DNA of 64,000 nt from Anaerolineales bacterium (lineage in GTDB: Bacteria > Chloroflexota > Anaerolineae > Anaerolineales > RBG-16-64-43), in assembly GCA_016932475.1 (NCBI GenBank), contig JAFGCU010000020.1, positions 101 to 64,100 on the forward strand. Direction: 5' to 3'. The position numbers and the translations under genes were made by a program. The stretch's first letter is position 1. Each line of letters starts with the position of its first letter. The notes beneath the pieces were generated by a model. The model was not told the origin of the DNA, made no database searches, and saw only the letters and a list, made by a program, of their open reading frames with translations. This document shows positions 20,339 to 31,355 of the stretch, piece after piece.

Positions 20339-21179
20339 GATTCTTTCCTTCCTCAGCCTGATCGATGGCTTCGTTCAGGCTCCCACGCCGGTAGCCCTGC
20401 AGATCGGCGGCGATGTAGGTGTACCCGGCGGCGTGCAATGCGGCAACTACTTCGGCGGCGATTTCCGGCGAGACCAGGCGGGCGATCTCCTCCGGCGCCA
20501 CTTCCACGCGCGCCATCGTCTGATAATCCCGGACCCGGACGGACCTGAACCCAAGCGCCTTAATCGCATGTTCGGCCTCGCGCACCCGCTGGAGCGCATC
20601 GAGGGTGATGCGCGAGCCGTACGGAAAACGCGCCGCGAGGCAGGATTCGGCCGGTTTGTTCCAGTTCGCCAGGCCGGCCCGGCGGGCGAGCTCGCGGATC
20701 TCCGCCTTCGACAGGTCCGCCTCGCGCAACGGACTGCGTGCGCCGGCTTCCTTGACGGCGCGCTCGCCCGGCCGGTAATCGTCCAGGTCGTCGCGGTTGG
20801 ATCCTTCCACGATCCAGGCAATCCCTTCCTTGCGGGCCAACTCGGCCAGGCTGCCCAGCACCCCCCGCTTGCAATAGTAGCACCGGTCCTGCGGATTTTG
20901 GACGAACACTTCATCTTCCAGCTGCCGCGCGGCGAGGAAGATATGCTTCACACCAAGGCCGCGGGGAAGCGCACACAGCTCTTCATCATTCTGTTCGGCG
21001 TAAATCGGCGACTGGGCCGTCGCGGCGGCCACTTTTTCCACGCCGAGGGTCCGGCCCGCGGCCCACAGCAGGAAGCTGCTGTCCACCCCGCCGGAATACG
21101 CGACCAGCACCGATCCCATTTCCTTGAGAATGGCGAAAAGGGCGGCTTGTTTTTTATCGAGCTGTGCCAGGTCGAGCAT
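20331..21179 (-). CDS. larE: sulfur transferase LarE
   Basis: PP-loop AYSGGVDSS, RCYYCK, DYRPG, CLAARFPYG, GYRRGSLN. Confidence 0.94.
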   Translation of the reverse strand: MLDLAQLDKKQAALFAILKEMGSVLVAYSGGVDSSFLLWAAGRTLGVEKVAAATAQSPIYAEQNDEELCALPRGLGVKHIFLAARQLEDEVFVQNPQDRCYYCKRGVLGSLAELARKEGIAWIVEGSNRDDLDDYRPGERAVKEAGARSPLREADLSKAEIRELARRAGLANWNKPAESCLAARFPYGSRITLDALQRVREAEHAIKALGFRSVRVRDYQTMARVEVAPEEIARLVSPEIAAEVVAALHAAGYTYIAADLQGYRRGSLNEAIDQAEEGKNHG

Positions 21180-21180
21180 T

Positions 21181-21897
21181 TCACCTTTCCTTCCTCATCC
21201 CCCCTTCCCCATTTTCCTGGTTTTGATCAGGAAAGGGGGAGCGAGGGGGTGAGGATGGCTTCACCGCATCCAGAACGATCGAGGTATACCCAAGCTTTCC
21301 GCCGCGATTCCTTTTATCAAACCGTTTTGAACGGTGGATCATGCCGTCCTCCGGCGCCCACTCGTTATAGTGGAATTTTCCGGCGTCGTCGAAGTATTCC
21401 AGCATCCGGACCTCGAACCCCGCCCGTTCGAATAATAAACGCGCGCTGGCATGGGTGTAAAGCAATTTATGATCGTCCGCGCCCGCGCCGCTCCCGCCCG
21501 GTTTTACCCATGCACGATATTCCGGATCCGGGTGATTCCCATCCGGGACGGCGATCCTCAGGTATCCGCCCGGCTTTAGGTAGCGATGGCAGAGGGCCGC
21601 GCCCTGCTGCGCTTCTTCCGCCGTCAAATGTTCCCACACATGTTCGGCCAGCAACGCGTCGATGGAACCCGGTATAAAAAAACGCGCCCAATCCGCTTCC
21701 TTCAGAATGTTGAGCGCCTCAATTTCGGTCGGGATCCAACCCGGGTCGAACGTCGCCGACGCGCCGATGACGATCCGGCGCGGGGATCGATGCAGGGCAT
21801 TCCGGATCTGCCTGGAATTCCTCCAACCCCGGAACGCCTTTACCATCCGGCGCGCCAAGGCGCCCAACACCGGGATGCCCGCGATCCGCCTCTTCAT
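21181..21897 (-). CDS. class I SAM-dependent methyltransferase-like protein
   Basis: AEHVWEHL, LKPGGYLRIAVPD. Confidence 0.8.
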   Translation of the reverse strand: MKRRIAGIPVLGALARRMVKAFRGWRNSRQIRNALHRSPRRIVIGASATFDPGWIPTEIEALNILKEADWARFFIPGSIDALLAEHVWEHLTAEEAQQGAALCHRYLKPGGYLRIAVPDGNHPDPEYRAWVKPGGSGAGADDHKLLYTHASARLLFERAGFEVRMLEYFDDAGKFHYNEWAPEDGMIHRSKRFDKRNRGGKLGYTSIVLDAVKPSSPPRSPFPDQNQENGEGGMRKER

Positions 21898-21901
21898 GCG
21901 T

Positions 21902-22582
21902 TTATGCCTTGCCGGAGCCCGGGGCGTTCCGGCTCGCGATCAGGATCCAGGAAATATGATGATGGCTCGAGCCCCCCGCCCGGCTTTCGAGGAATTCGTG
22001 CTCATGGAATTTTTGGAATTTCAGAAAATGGAACGCTGATTCCAGCTCCGCCCGGTCGCTCAGATGGACGTAGGTTTTATCCACCCAGGAGTTGCGGTCG
22101 CCCGGGACCGCGGTCCCCTTGCCGGCATGTTCCGGATCCCGGCTGGAGAGTGTGCCGAGGATGAACACGCCGTCCGGCGCGAGGAGTGCATTCACCGTCC
22201 GGGGGAACTGCTTCCGTTCCTGCGGCGGCAGGATCTGGTACAGGTTGGCGGCGTAGACCAGGTCGAACGGCCCGTCCGCGACATCCTGAAAGCGGGCAAC
22301 GCGGAAATCCACCTCCGGGGGGCCGCCTCTCGCGCCGTCGGCCCTGGCCATCTCCACGGCGCTGGCGGCGGGATCGACCGCCGTCATGCGCACCCCCAGG
22401 TGCATCGCCAGGTAAAACGCGTCCCGCCCGTACCCGCAGCCGATGTCGAGCATGCGTTTTCCGGCGGTTGGAATGCCGGCTTCCGAAATGAATTTCGACG
22501 CCGCGAGCGCAATTTCACTCGGGCGTTTGCCCCAGATTTTCCGGTCGCTGCGGTACGCTCCATCCCAATACGAGAGGCTCAT
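21902..22582 (-). CDS. class I SAM-dependent methyltransferase
   Basis: LDIGCGYGRD motif; ATGA overlap with the upstream HAD gene. Confidence 0.88.
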   Translation of the reverse strand: MSLSYWDGAYRSDRKIWGKRPSEIALAASKFISEAGIPTAGKRMLDIGCGYGRDAFYLAMHLGVRMTAVDPAASAVEMARADGARGGPPEVDFRVARFQDVADGPFDLVYAANLYQILPPQERKQFPRTVNALLAPDGVFILGTLSSRDPEHAGKGTAVPGDRNSWVDKTYVHLSDRAELESAFHFLKFQKFHEHEFLESRAGGSSHHHISWILIASRNAPGSGKA

Positions 22583-23331
22583 GGTTGCGGTTGATCCTTC
22601 CAATGCACAAGCAAAGCCGCGGCCTCGCCGATGGTTTTCACCTGCGCGTCGGGCGCGATTTTTCCGCGCAACTTCCGGTTGGCGGGCGCATGGATCTCGG
22701 TCGTCAACCAGATCGTCCGCATTCCGGCCTGCTTCCCGCCGAGGATGTCCGCCTCGAGCCGGTCGCCGACCATCACGAGCTGGCCGGCGGGGATGCCCCA
22801 TGCGCCGAGGATCGGCTGAAACGCCCGCCGGTCCGGCTTGCGGATTCCGATCGCGGCGGAAATGACGACCGGATCAAAAAAATATTTCAGCTTGTGGTTA
22901 TCCAGCATCCGCCGGACGTTTTCCTCATCCGAGGCGTTGGAGAGCATCGCCATCCGCAGGCCGGCCGCCCGGATTTTTTCCAGCGCCGCGATCGAATCCG
23001 GGAACAGGATCCAGTGCGCTTCGTACACTTCATACATCGACCGCAGCGCGCGGCGCAGGATCGTGATCGGTTGGGGCGGGACCTTTTCCTCCTCCAGAAC
23101 CGATGTCAGCACGGAGAGGGCGGTGGTTTCCAGATTGTCGATCGCGCGTTTACGATCGTAGGCCGTGAATTTGCCCGCCAGCCGCCTGAGGAAGGACCTT
23201 TCCCGCAGGGTCACCCCCGCGCCGCACAGCGTGTCCAGCATCGCTCGGTGGGCGCGCGCGCGCACCACCGTCACATCGCCGTCGAAGGTGATCAGGGTCG
23301 AGCCGTAATCCAGGATCACACCGCGGATCAT
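22579..23331 (-). CDS. HAD-family hydrolase
   Basis: ILDYGSTL, LSNA, RKPD, MVGDRLEADILG. Confidence 0.88.
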   Translation of the reverse strand: MIRGVILDYGSTLITFDGDVTVVRARAHRAMLDTLCGAGVTLRERSFLRRLAGKFTAYDRKRAIDNLETTALSVLTSVLEEEKVPPQPITILRRALRSMYEVYEAHWILFPDSIAALEKIRAAGLRMAMLSNASDEENVRRMLDNHKLKYFFDPVVISAAIGIRKPDRRAFQPILGAWGIPAGQLVMVGDRLEADILGGKQAGMRTIWLTTEIHAPANRKLRGKIAPDAQVKTIGEAAALLVHWKDQPQP

Positions 23332-23338
23332 GCGGACC

Positions 23339-24355
23339 CTAATATCCTTTCTGCGGATCGAAGCGGTTCACAAGCGGCCGGTTCTCAAGGTACCGGCGCA
23401 GGTTCTCGGCGAACACATCCGCCGCGCGCGCGTCGTACCGCGGCGAACTCCCGGCGATGTGCGGGGTGATGAACAGGCACGGCGCCTTCCAAAGCTTGTC
23501 GTCCGGCGGGAGCGGCTCGTGCGCGAACACGTCCAGCGCCGCCCCGGCGATCTTCCCGGATTGCAGCGCCTTCGCGAGCGCGGCCTCGTCGACAATATCC
23601 CCGCGCGAGACGACCACCAGGCAGGCGCCCTCGCGCATCGCTCCGATCATTTTGGCGTCGAACGATTGCCGCGAGGAAACCGTCAGCGGCGAACACACGA
23701 CCACAAAATCGCACTCGGCCAGCATGCGCCTGGTCGTCTGCGGCGGATAGATGCGCGCCGGTATCCGGCCGTCCGGATCTCCGATCCCTTCCGCCGCGTA
23801 TCCGCCGTCTTCGGGCGACATGACGTCGCGCTTGACGGCGAGGACCCGCGCGCCGAACGCCTGGCAGAGTCTCGCCGTTTCGCGCCCCACGCTTCCGTAC
23901 CCAACCACCCCGACGGTGGATCCGCGCAGTTCCCGCGGTGAAAACCGTTCCCATTTCTCGCGCGGCCATTCGCACGCGGCCTGGGCGCGGATCAGTTCCG
24001 GCAGGCGGTGCCCGAGCGCCAGCAGCATCATTACGATGTATTCCGCCATCTGGGGCGCCGCCGCGCCGGAAAGCGACGTGAACTGCACCCCCCGCGCCAG
24101 GATCGGCGCGTCCGCGAAGTGATCCAGCCCGGCCATGTGGAATTGGATCCACTTCAGATTCGGCGCCAGGTCGGGAGGCGGGACGATCCTCAGCGTGTAG
24201 AGCACGTCCGCGCGGGCCAGAAGGTCCGGCGGAACTTCCTCGAGCTTGTTCGCCGGATGGACGTGCACCTCAAGCCGCGGGGAAATCGATTGCAGCCGGG
24301 CGGCGATCTCCGGAGGAAGGGGTTCGGTGATCAGGACGAAAATGGGCTCTTCCAT
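23339..24355 (-). CDS. D-2-hydroxyacid dehydrogenase
   Basis: GYGSVG, VSRG, LDVFAHEPL, TPHIAG. Confidence 0.92.
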   Translation of the reverse strand: MEEPIFVLITEPLPPEIAARLQSISPRLEVHVHPANKLEEVPPDLLARADVLYTLRIVPPPDLAPNLKWIQFHMAGLDHFADAPILARGVQFTSLSGAAAPQMAEYIVMMLLALGHRLPELIRAQAACEWPREKWERFSPRELRGSTVGVVGYGSVGRETARLCQAFGARVLAVKRDVMSPEDGGYAAEGIGDPDGRIPARIYPPQTTRRMLAECDFVVVCSPLTVSSRQSFDAKMIGAMREGACLVVVSRGDIVDEAALAKALQSGKIAGAALDVFAHEPLPPDDKLWKAPCLFITPHIAGSSPRYDARAADVFAENLRRYLENRPLVNRFDPQKGY

Positions 24356-24821
24356 TTGCCAAGAAGCCTTTCGCAACCGCGCACCCGCTCATCCCTTTCT
24401 GCCCCCAACTTTTATCGGGAGAAGCTGGCCGCAGGCCGGATGAGGGCGGATATAATTACGGGTTTTTTCGCCAGGTAAATACTTGCAATGTCTTCCGAAC
24501 TACACTGGAAGACCCTCACCGGATTTTCCAGATTTCCAATCGTATCAATTTCTTCTATCTCCTGCAATCATCCAAACGAAAGGGATCGTCTGGGGTTTTT
24601 TTTCGGCACAAAAGACACTATTTTTTATCAAACCCCTGGATAAATTCCACGGAGCGCCCCTGCTTCGGAGGCAGAACTGCTCAACGCGTAAAGACAAGTG
24701 GTTTTACTCAGCGAGCGCAGGAGCTCCGCCTGACAACCTTTTTCAGAGATTTCCATATATGGTCGAGCGGTTTTTTATGGCCAAGAGAAACCCCAACGTG
24801 AAAGCCTCATCCCTCCCGGGA

Positions 24822-26354
24822 TCAGTAAACCATCAGAACAGTAAAGATGCTCGCTGTCAGGAGCAGGATCCCGATCGGAAGCAGCAGTTCCCGGATAAGA
24901 TCCCCCTCCTTCAAGCCGGAGGCGAACGCCACCGACCCCATGCCGACCTTCGCCGGGGAGAGCACCGAACCCACCGCCCCGCCGCCGGTCTGCCCGGCCA
25001 GCAGAATATCCTCGCGCACGCCCAGCGAGCGCGCCATGGACTGCTGGAGCGGCGCGAACATCAGATTGGAGTTGGTGTTGCTCCCCGTCAGGAATGCGCC
25101 GACCGCGCCCAGCCAGGGGGCGACCGCCGGGAAGGCGCCGCCGACCGTGGCCGTCAAGCCTTCCGCCAATTGGTCGGTCATCCCGGAATAGGAAAGAATG
25201 GTCGATACGCCGACCATCAGCAGGATCCCGATCGATACCGGAACCGCCCGCCCCACCGTACCGCGCAGGATCCGCCCGGCCGGATGGACCGGGTACCAAG
25301 CCAGCTTCCGGAAAAGGATGAACACCGCGATCGCCGAATACGACAGTAGAGCGCCGGGGTGTCCGAACGGCGCAATCCGGGCGGCTTCCCCGGCCGGGAC
25401 GGTAAATCCGGGAGCGGTGACGGCTTCCGGAAGCACGGGATTCCACACGACCGATTGCAGTGCCCCGCGCAGCGGGCCGATCCATTGCGCGCAAAGGATC
25501 ACGACGATAAGGACGAGATAAGCCGACAATCCGAGTATGAACTTGCGGTCCGGCCGGTAGGCGAGCGCCGGATCCCTCCCCCGCAGGATGCGCGCCGCGA
25601 CGACGATCACCAACAACCCCGCCAGGCCGCCTCCCAGCGAACCGATCTGCCAGAAGCCGTAGACCGCGAGCCAATACTGGGTGCCCGCCATCGCGATTCC
25701 AACGGCGAACAGAACCGGAAGCAGCCTCCGGAATTCGCCTTTTTCGGATGCCGGCAGGGCGACCAACACGCCGGAAAGCAAGCACAGGATCCCGAGCAAC
25801 AGCGCCGAGGGTCCGGCGAGCATATCCGCGCTTAGCCCGCTGGCCGCCGTCAGTGCCTGGAAGGACGTTCCCAATGATCCGAAGGTTACCGCCCAGGAAT
25901 GCCCGATAAACGGCAGGCTCATCGCCTGCAGCGGGGTGAACCCGGCCGCAAGCAGAAGCGGGGCCGTGATCACCACCGGGACTCCGAAGCCGCCTGCCCC
26001 CTGGAGAAAGGACGCAAACGCCCAAGCCAAAGTCAGCGCGCGAAGGCCTTTCCATGGAACCGCCCGGCTCAACCCATCCCCGACGGCCTGGATGACCCCG
26101 GCCTCCTCGCACACGACGTAGAAAAGGAGCGCGCCCCATACGATCGGGAGGACATCCAGAGCGAGGATCAACGCCTTGGCCTGCGATACGGCGACCATGG
26201 CCGGGCCGGCTCCAAAAGCCAGGATCGCGACCGCCGCCGTCCAAACCCAGGCCGCGACACCGGTGCGGATCAAGCTCAACCGCACCCCGGCGATCAGGAT
26301 CAGGATAACCATCAAGGGCGAAACCGCCAGGAGAAATGCGGCGGGGTTCACCAT
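24822..26354 (-). CDS. lctP: L-lactate permease (LctP family)
   Basis: FLQGAGGFGVP, FGSLG, GAFLTGSNTNSNLMF; many TM helices. Confidence 0.88.
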   Translation of the reverse strand: MVNPAAFLLAVSPLMVILILIAGVRLSLIRTGVAAWVWTAAVAILAFGAGPAMVAVSQAKALILALDVLPIVWGALLFYVVCEEAGVIQAVGDGLSRAVPWKGLRALTLAWAFASFLQGAGGFGVPVVITAPLLLAAGFTPLQAMSLPFIGHSWAVTFGSLGTSFQALTAASGLSADMLAGPSALLLGILCLLSGVLVALPASEKGEFRRLLPVLFAVGIAMAGTQYWLAVYGFWQIGSLGGGLAGLLVIVVAARILRGRDPALAYRPDRKFILGLSAYLVLIVVILCAQWIGPLRGALQSVVWNPVLPEAVTAPGFTVPAGEAARIAPFGHPGALLSYSAIAVFILFRKLAWYPVHPAGRILRGTVGRAVPVSIGILLMVGVSTILSYSGMTDQLAEGLTATVGGAFPAVAPWLGAVGAFLTGSNTNSNLMFAPLQQSMARSLGVREDILLAGQTGGGAVGSVLSPAKVGMGSVAFASGLKEGDLIRELLLPIGILLLTASIFTVLMVY

Positions 26355-26589
26355 CCCGCCTCGGGATTCTGTGTATCGGTTGTGTGTCCCGTTAAGCGGG
26401 GATTAAAAGGGAGGAAAACGCTGGCGGCGTAGGGCATTCGTAGGTTTTCCGTCGGACGTTAATCATGTAAAGTTTTTCCGGTTGTGTTAACCTAGAGACT
26501 AGAAGGGCAATTCTCTCTTCTTCTCCTCCTTTTCGAGAGCCGGGGTCGGCGTCCCCGGCTCTTGTGATTCATGGATAAGACCGTCGCGG

Positions 26590-29397
26590 TCAGGTTCTGG
26601 CCGTCCGCCGGCGCAGGATCCATTTATACAGCTCATTGGCGACCGAATCCGCAAAAGCAAACGGCACCAGAATAAGCCAATCCTGCCATCCAAGGGGAAT
26701 GGTGTTGAAGATCGGCTCCAGGAAGGGGATGTAGAGGACCCCCAGAAGAAGCAGGAACGAACTGCCGGCCGCCAACAGCATCCACCGGTTGGTGGTCAAG
26801 CCGATCCGGAAAACGGAGAGCCGCTCGGACCGGACGGTGAACGCGCGCACCAGCTCGGATACTACCAGCGTCGCAAAAGCCACGGTTTGCGCGCCGGCCA
26901 GGTTGCCGGGGTACCGCTGCAGTGCAAGGATGAACGATGCCAGCACGGCGGCGGTCATCACCGAAGCCTGGACCGCGACGCCGACCGTCATTTCGCGGTT
27001 GATGATCGGCTCTTTGGCCGGGCGCGGCGGCCGGTCCATGACATCCGGCTCGCCTTTTTCCATCCCCAGCGCGAGCGCCGGCGCGCCGTCGGTCACCAGG
27101 TTCAACCACAGCAGCTGGATGGGGCGCAGCGGCAATGGCAGGCCGGTCAACATCGAGATCAGCACGATCAGGATCTCCCCGATATTGCAGGAAACCAGGT
27201 AATAGACGAATTTGCGGATATTCGAATAGATGATCCGGCCTTCTTCGATGGCCGAGACGATGCTGACGTAGTTGTCGTCGGTCAGCACCATGTCCGCAGT
27301 CTCCTTGGAAACGTCGGTCCCGGTGATCCCCATCGCGATGCCGATATTCGCGCGTTTAAGCGCCGGCGCATCGTTGACTCCGTCGCCGGTCATGGCGACC
27401 ACGTGGCCGCGGGAGCGCAGAGCCTCGACGATCTTCACCTTATGCTGGGGTGAAACCCGGGCATACACGCCGATCCGGTCGGACCGCGCCGCGATATCCG
27501 CCTCCGTCATCCTATCCAGATCCGCGCCCGAAAGCACCTCCTGCCCCTCTCCCAGCAGGTTAATCTGCTCGCCGATGGCCCGGGCGGTGTCCGGGTAATC
27601 TCCGGTGACCATCACCGTCCGCAAGCCGGCCTGGCGCGCGCTCTTGATCGCCGCGGCTACTTCCGGGCGCGGCGGATCGATCATCCCAAGCATCCCCACA
27701 AAAACCATATCCTTTTCCACGCCGGCCATATCGGCCGCGTCGGGCTTGGAGGAAAAATTCCGATACGCCGCGCCCAGAACGCGCAGCGCCTGCCGCGCCA
27801 TCCCGTTATTGGCGTCCAGCACCGCCTTCCGTCGTTCGGGCGTGAGCGGCTCCTCGCTTCCGTTTTCACGGATCCGGGTGCACAGATCCAACACGACGTC
27901 TGGCGCGCCTTTCATGCTGGCCACCCATCCGCCGGAATCGGATTTGCGCGTCGCAGGCACGGGGTGAATGGTGGTCATGCGTTTGCGCGCGGAGTCGAAG
28001 GGAATTTCCCCCTCGCGCGGCATTTCCTGCGCGAGGGCTTCACGCCGGATGCCGGCTTTCGCCGCCGCCACCATCAGGGCGCCTTCGGTCGGATCGCCGA
28101 TCATGCGCCAGGTCTTCTCGCCCTCCGCCTCGCCGCTTTCTTCCAGATGCGCGTCGTTGCACAGCGCCAATCCCCGCAATAACAGGAACACATCCGGATC
28201 CGCGGCGGGCTGGAAGACCGCGCCGTCCCGGCGGAAGATTCCAACCGTAAGGTCGTGGGCGCTTTCGATGGTGAATTCCCCCCCGCACGCCCACCCGTGG
28301 GTCACGGTCATTTCGTTCTGGGTCAGCGTGCCGGTTTTGTCGGAGCAGATCACCGTCGCGCTTCCCAGGGTTTCCACCGCGGCGAGCTTGCGGATCAGCG
28401 CGTGCCGGTTGACCATCCGCTGCATCCCAAGCGCCAGGCAGATCGTCACCACCGCGGGCAGCCCTTCCGGCACGGCGGCGATCGCGAGACTGACCGCGGT
28501 CATGAACAACTCGACAATTTCGGATTGATGCGAGGATAAATATTCCACAATGCCCTGCGTGAAAATCATCCCCGGCGAGGTATCCCGCACAATCCCGAAG
28601 ACGAAGATCGCGCCGCAAATGCCCAGGGCGGCAATCCCCAGCGAGCGGGCCAGTTCGTCCAGCCGCTGCTGCAGCGGGGTGGGTTCTTCTTCGTAGGTTT
28701 GCAGCATCTGGGCGATCATGCCGATCTGGGTATGCATGCCCGTCGAGACAACCATCCCGCGGCCGCGCCCGTATGTGATCATCGAACTCATGAAGGCCGA
28801 GTTGGTCCGGTCCCCGACCGGGATGTCCTTGTCCAGAATGACGTCCGAATGCTTCTGAACCGGGTGGGATTCCCCGGTAAGCGCCGATTCATCGATCTTC
28901 AGGTTGACGCTTTCCACCAGCCGCAGATCGCCGGGGACATAATTTCCCGCTTCCAGCAAAACGATATCGCCGGGAACGAGTTCCCGGGAGGGAATAAGCT
29001 GCTGGCTCCCGTCGCGGATCACCATCGCATTCGGAGCCGCCATCTTGCGCAGCGCGGCCAGCGCTTTTTCAGCCCGCGATTCCTGAACCACGCCCAGGAC
29101 GGCGTTGAGGACGACGATCGCCAAAATAGCGGCCGCATCGATGTACTCGCCGAGGAGCATGGAAACCGCCGCCGCCACGATCAGCAGAATGATGAGGAAG
29201 TTGTTGAACTGCGCCAGGAGCAGCTGGAGGAAACCGGGCCGCGGCCGTTCCTTCAATTCGTTCGGGCCGATGGTGGCCAGGCGTTCCCGGACCTGATCGG
29301 AGGTGAGCCCGGTGCGAATGTGCGTATCCAGCTGGTCGGCCAAGTGCTCGACGCTGCCGCCGTGGATCACCGGCATGTTGTCCATTGGGGTATTCAT
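26590..29397 (-). CDS. P-type ATPase, type IIA Ca2+-like
   Basis: [41 protein letters not shown]. Confidence 0.94.
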   Translation of the reverse strand: MNTPMDNMPVIHGGSVEHLADQLDTHIRTGLTSDQVRERLATIGPNELKERPRPGFLQLLLAQFNNFLIILLIVAAAVSMLLGEYIDAAAILAIVVLNAVLGVVQESRAEKALAALRKMAAPNAMVIRDGSQQLIPSRELVPGDIVLLEAGNYVPGDLRLVESVNLKIDESALTGESHPVQKHSDVILDKDIPVGDRTNSAFMSSMITYGRGRGMVVSTGMHTQIGMIAQMLQTYEEEPTPLQQRLDELARSLGIAALGICGAIFVFGIVRDTSPGMIFTQGIVEYLSSHQSEIVELFMTAVSLAIAAVPEGLPAVVTICLALGMQRMVNRHALIRKLAAVETLGSATVICSDKTGTLTQNEMTVTHGWACGGEFTIESAHDLTVGIFRRDGAVFQPAADPDVFLLLRGLALCNDAHLEESGEAEGEKTWRMIGDPTEGALMVAAAKAGIRREALAQEMPREGEIPFDSARKRMTTIHPVPATRKSDSGGWVASMKGAPDVVLDLCTRIRENGSEEPLTPERRKAVLDANNGMARQALRVLGAAYRNFSSKPDAADMAGVEKDMVFVGMLGMIDPPRPEVAAAIKSARQAGLRTVMVTGDYPDTARAIGEQINLLGEGQEVLSGADLDRMTEADIAARSDRIGVYARVSPQHKVKIVEALRSRGHVVAMTGDGVNDAPALKRANIGIAMGITGTDVSKETADMVLTDDNYVSIVSAIEEGRIIYSNIRKFVYYLVSCNIGEILIVLISMLTGLPLPLRPIQLLWLNLVTDGAPALALGMEKGEPDVMDRPPRPAKEPIINREMTVGVAVQASVMTAAVLASFILALQRYPGNLAGAQTVAFATLVVSELVRAFTVRSERLSVFRIGLTTNRWMLLAAGSSFLLLLGVLYIPFLEPIFNTIPLGWQDWLILVPFAFADSVANELYKWILRRRTART

Positions 29398-29561
29398 CGA
29401 GGATCGGATTTCCGCCTTTCCGTCGGTGCGGTATTCCGGGATTCAATCCCGTATGCCGTTCTATACGAAGAATTTTATCATTGGATACGAGGATTCCAAA
29501 TATCCGACCTGACGGCGGGCTGCCGCTACCGGAAACCGCCGCCGGGAACGGCGGGCAATCT

Positions 29562-29570
29562 TGCTATAAT
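29562..29570 (+). promoter_or_regulatory. extended -10 promoter of murJ (probably leaderless)
   Basis: TGCTATAAT 7 nt upstream of ATG 29578. Confidence 0.65.
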
Positions 29571-29577
29571 CCAGCTT

Positions 29578-31173
29578 ATGATCCCCCCCCGTCCCGCGGC
29601 AACGCTTTCCATCACCCGCTCCGCGTTCGTCGTCATGATCGGCCTGGTACTGTCCCAGGTGGCCGGTCTCCTGAAGAACGTTGTGGTCGCGCAGGCGTTC
29701 GGAACCGGCGCCGGGTATGACGCATTCATCGCCGGAAACCGCCTGCCGGAGTTCCTGTTCAACCTGATCGCCGGAGGCGCGCTGGCTTCGGCGTTCATCC
29801 CGACCTATACCGCCTTCCTGGTGGAGGAAAAAAGAAAAGAAGCCGACCGGCTTGCCTCGGCCGTCGGGAGTTGGCTGCTTATTCTTCTGGCGGCGGGCTC
29901 CGTGCTGTGCGCGGTGCTGGCGCCTCAGCTTGTGAAGCACATCATCGCCCCCGGGTTCACGGATCCGCAGCAGATAGCGACTACCGTTGCGCTGCTGCGC
30001 ATCCTGCTCCTGTGCCCGACTATCTTCGGGTTGAGCGGGCTGATGATGGGGATCCTCAACGCCCACCACCGCTTCTTTTTTTCGGCGCTGGCGCCGATGT
30101 TTTATTCGTCGGGATGGATCGCGGGCGTCCTGTTATTGGCGCCGTCAATGGGAATTTTCGGTCTGGCTTGGGGTGTGGTTGCCGGCGCGGTGATGCATTT
30201 CGCCGTGCAGCTTCCGGCGCTTTTTTCCCTCCGCTCCAGGCTGCGGTTCATGCTGGACGCGGCAAATCCCGCGGTGCGCAACGTGTTCCGTTTGATGGCG
30301 CCGCGGGCGATCGGCCAATCCGCTATTCAATTGAATTTGCTTGTGAACACAATCCTCGCCTCCGGGCTGCAGGAAGGCAGCCAGTCCGCGATCGCCATCG
30401 CCTTTGCGCTGATGCTGATGCCGGAGATCGCCGTGGCGCAGGCGGCGGGCACGGCCGCCTTCCCGACGCTTTCCGCGCAGATCAGCCGCGGCCAGATCGA
30501 TCCGATGCGCGCGACCCTGGCGTCGGTGGTGCGGGGAATCTTTTTCCTGGCGCTTCCCTCCGCGGTCGGGCTGATCCTCCTGGGGCGGCCGATCGTGCGG
30601 ATGATTTTCGAACGCGGGGCGTTCGACGCGCATTCCACCGATATGGTCGTATGGGCTCTGGGGTTCTATTCGCTCGGTCTGGTCGCGCACTCCCTGCTGG
30701 AAGTCCTGGCGCGCGCCTTTTTTGCGATGCAGGACACGGTTACTCCCGTCTCGGTCAGCGTCGGCGGGATGCTGCTTAACGTCGTCCTGAGCCTTACGCT
30801 GGTCTCGGTTTTCCGCGGATGGGGGTGGATGCCGCACGGCGCGCTGGCGCTCTCCAATTCGCTCGCGACAATCGTCGAGATGACGGTGTTGATTGGTTTT
30901 CTGCGGCGGAAGATCCGCTGGGGCTTGGATCACGCCGGGTGGTTGAGCCTGGGCCGGACGATGCTTGCCTCAACGGTGATGGCCGCGGCGTTGTGGATTT
31001 GGTCCGGCGCCGCGGGATCCGCTTCCGTTTGGATTTTGGGACCGGGCGGCATCCTGCTCGGCACGGCCGTCTTTGGCGCGGCGAGCTTTGCGCTCGGGTC
31101 GACGGAAGCACATTCCATGGCCCGCGCGGTGCTTTCACGAATCCGGCCGGCGGCGAAGAAAACGCTTTCCTAG
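29578..31173 (+). CDS. murJ: lipid II flippase MurJ
   Basis: AFGTG..YDAF...RLPE, GALASAFIP, FERGAFD, RAFFAMQDTVTP. Confidence 0.92.
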   Translation: MIPPRPAATLSITRSAFVVMIGLVLSQVAGLLKNVVVAQAFGTGAGYDAFIAGNRLPEFLFNLIAGGALASAFIPTYTAFLVEEKRKEADRLASAVGSWLLILLAAGSVLCAVLAPQLVKHIIAPGFTDPQQIATTVALLRILLLCPTIFGLSGLMMGILNAHHRFFFSALAPMFYSSGWIAGVLLLAPSMGIFGLAWGVVAGAVMHFAVQLPALFSLRSRLRFMLDAANPAVRNVFRLMAPRAIGQSAIQLNLLVNTILASGLQEGSQSAIAIAFALMLMPEIAVAQAAGTAAFPTLSAQISRGQIDPMRATLASVVRGIFFLALPSAVGLILLGRPIVRMIFERGAFDAHSTDMVVWALGFYSLGLVAHSLLEVLARAFFAMQDTVTPVSVSVGGMLLNVVLSLTLVSVFRGWGWMPHGALALSNSLATIVEMTVLIGFLRRKIRWGLDHAGWLSLGRTMLASTVMAAALWIWSGAAGSASVWILGPGGILLGTAVFGAASFALGSTEAHSMARAVLSRIRPAAKKTLS

Positions 31174-31355
31174 GAATTATCATTCTGAAAGTGGAGGGGG
31201 GATTAAATTCCCCGTAAATCTCACCACAGTAGATTTCGTCATGCCCGCTAGAATCACACTCGCTTCACGATCATTCCCACTCAACAACCAGATGCGGGTG
31301 ATAATGACGACCACTTACCCTTCAAAGGCCGCGAAAGGGAAAAAGGGGGCTTCGT

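Noticed and set aside
24380-24820. Possible ncRNA or small ORF in the AT-richer gap after lctP
   Set aside because: No recognisable RNA family, repeat or credible ORF; left unannotated.
29398-29520. yybP-ykoY Mn riboswitch before the P-type ATPase
   Set aside because: The conserved motifs are not recognisable by eye; an Infernal scan would settle it.
28699-29577. 824-aa MurJ with a long N-terminal extension
   Set aside because: The extension is antisense to the P-type ATPase; the promoter and family motifs point to ATG 29578.
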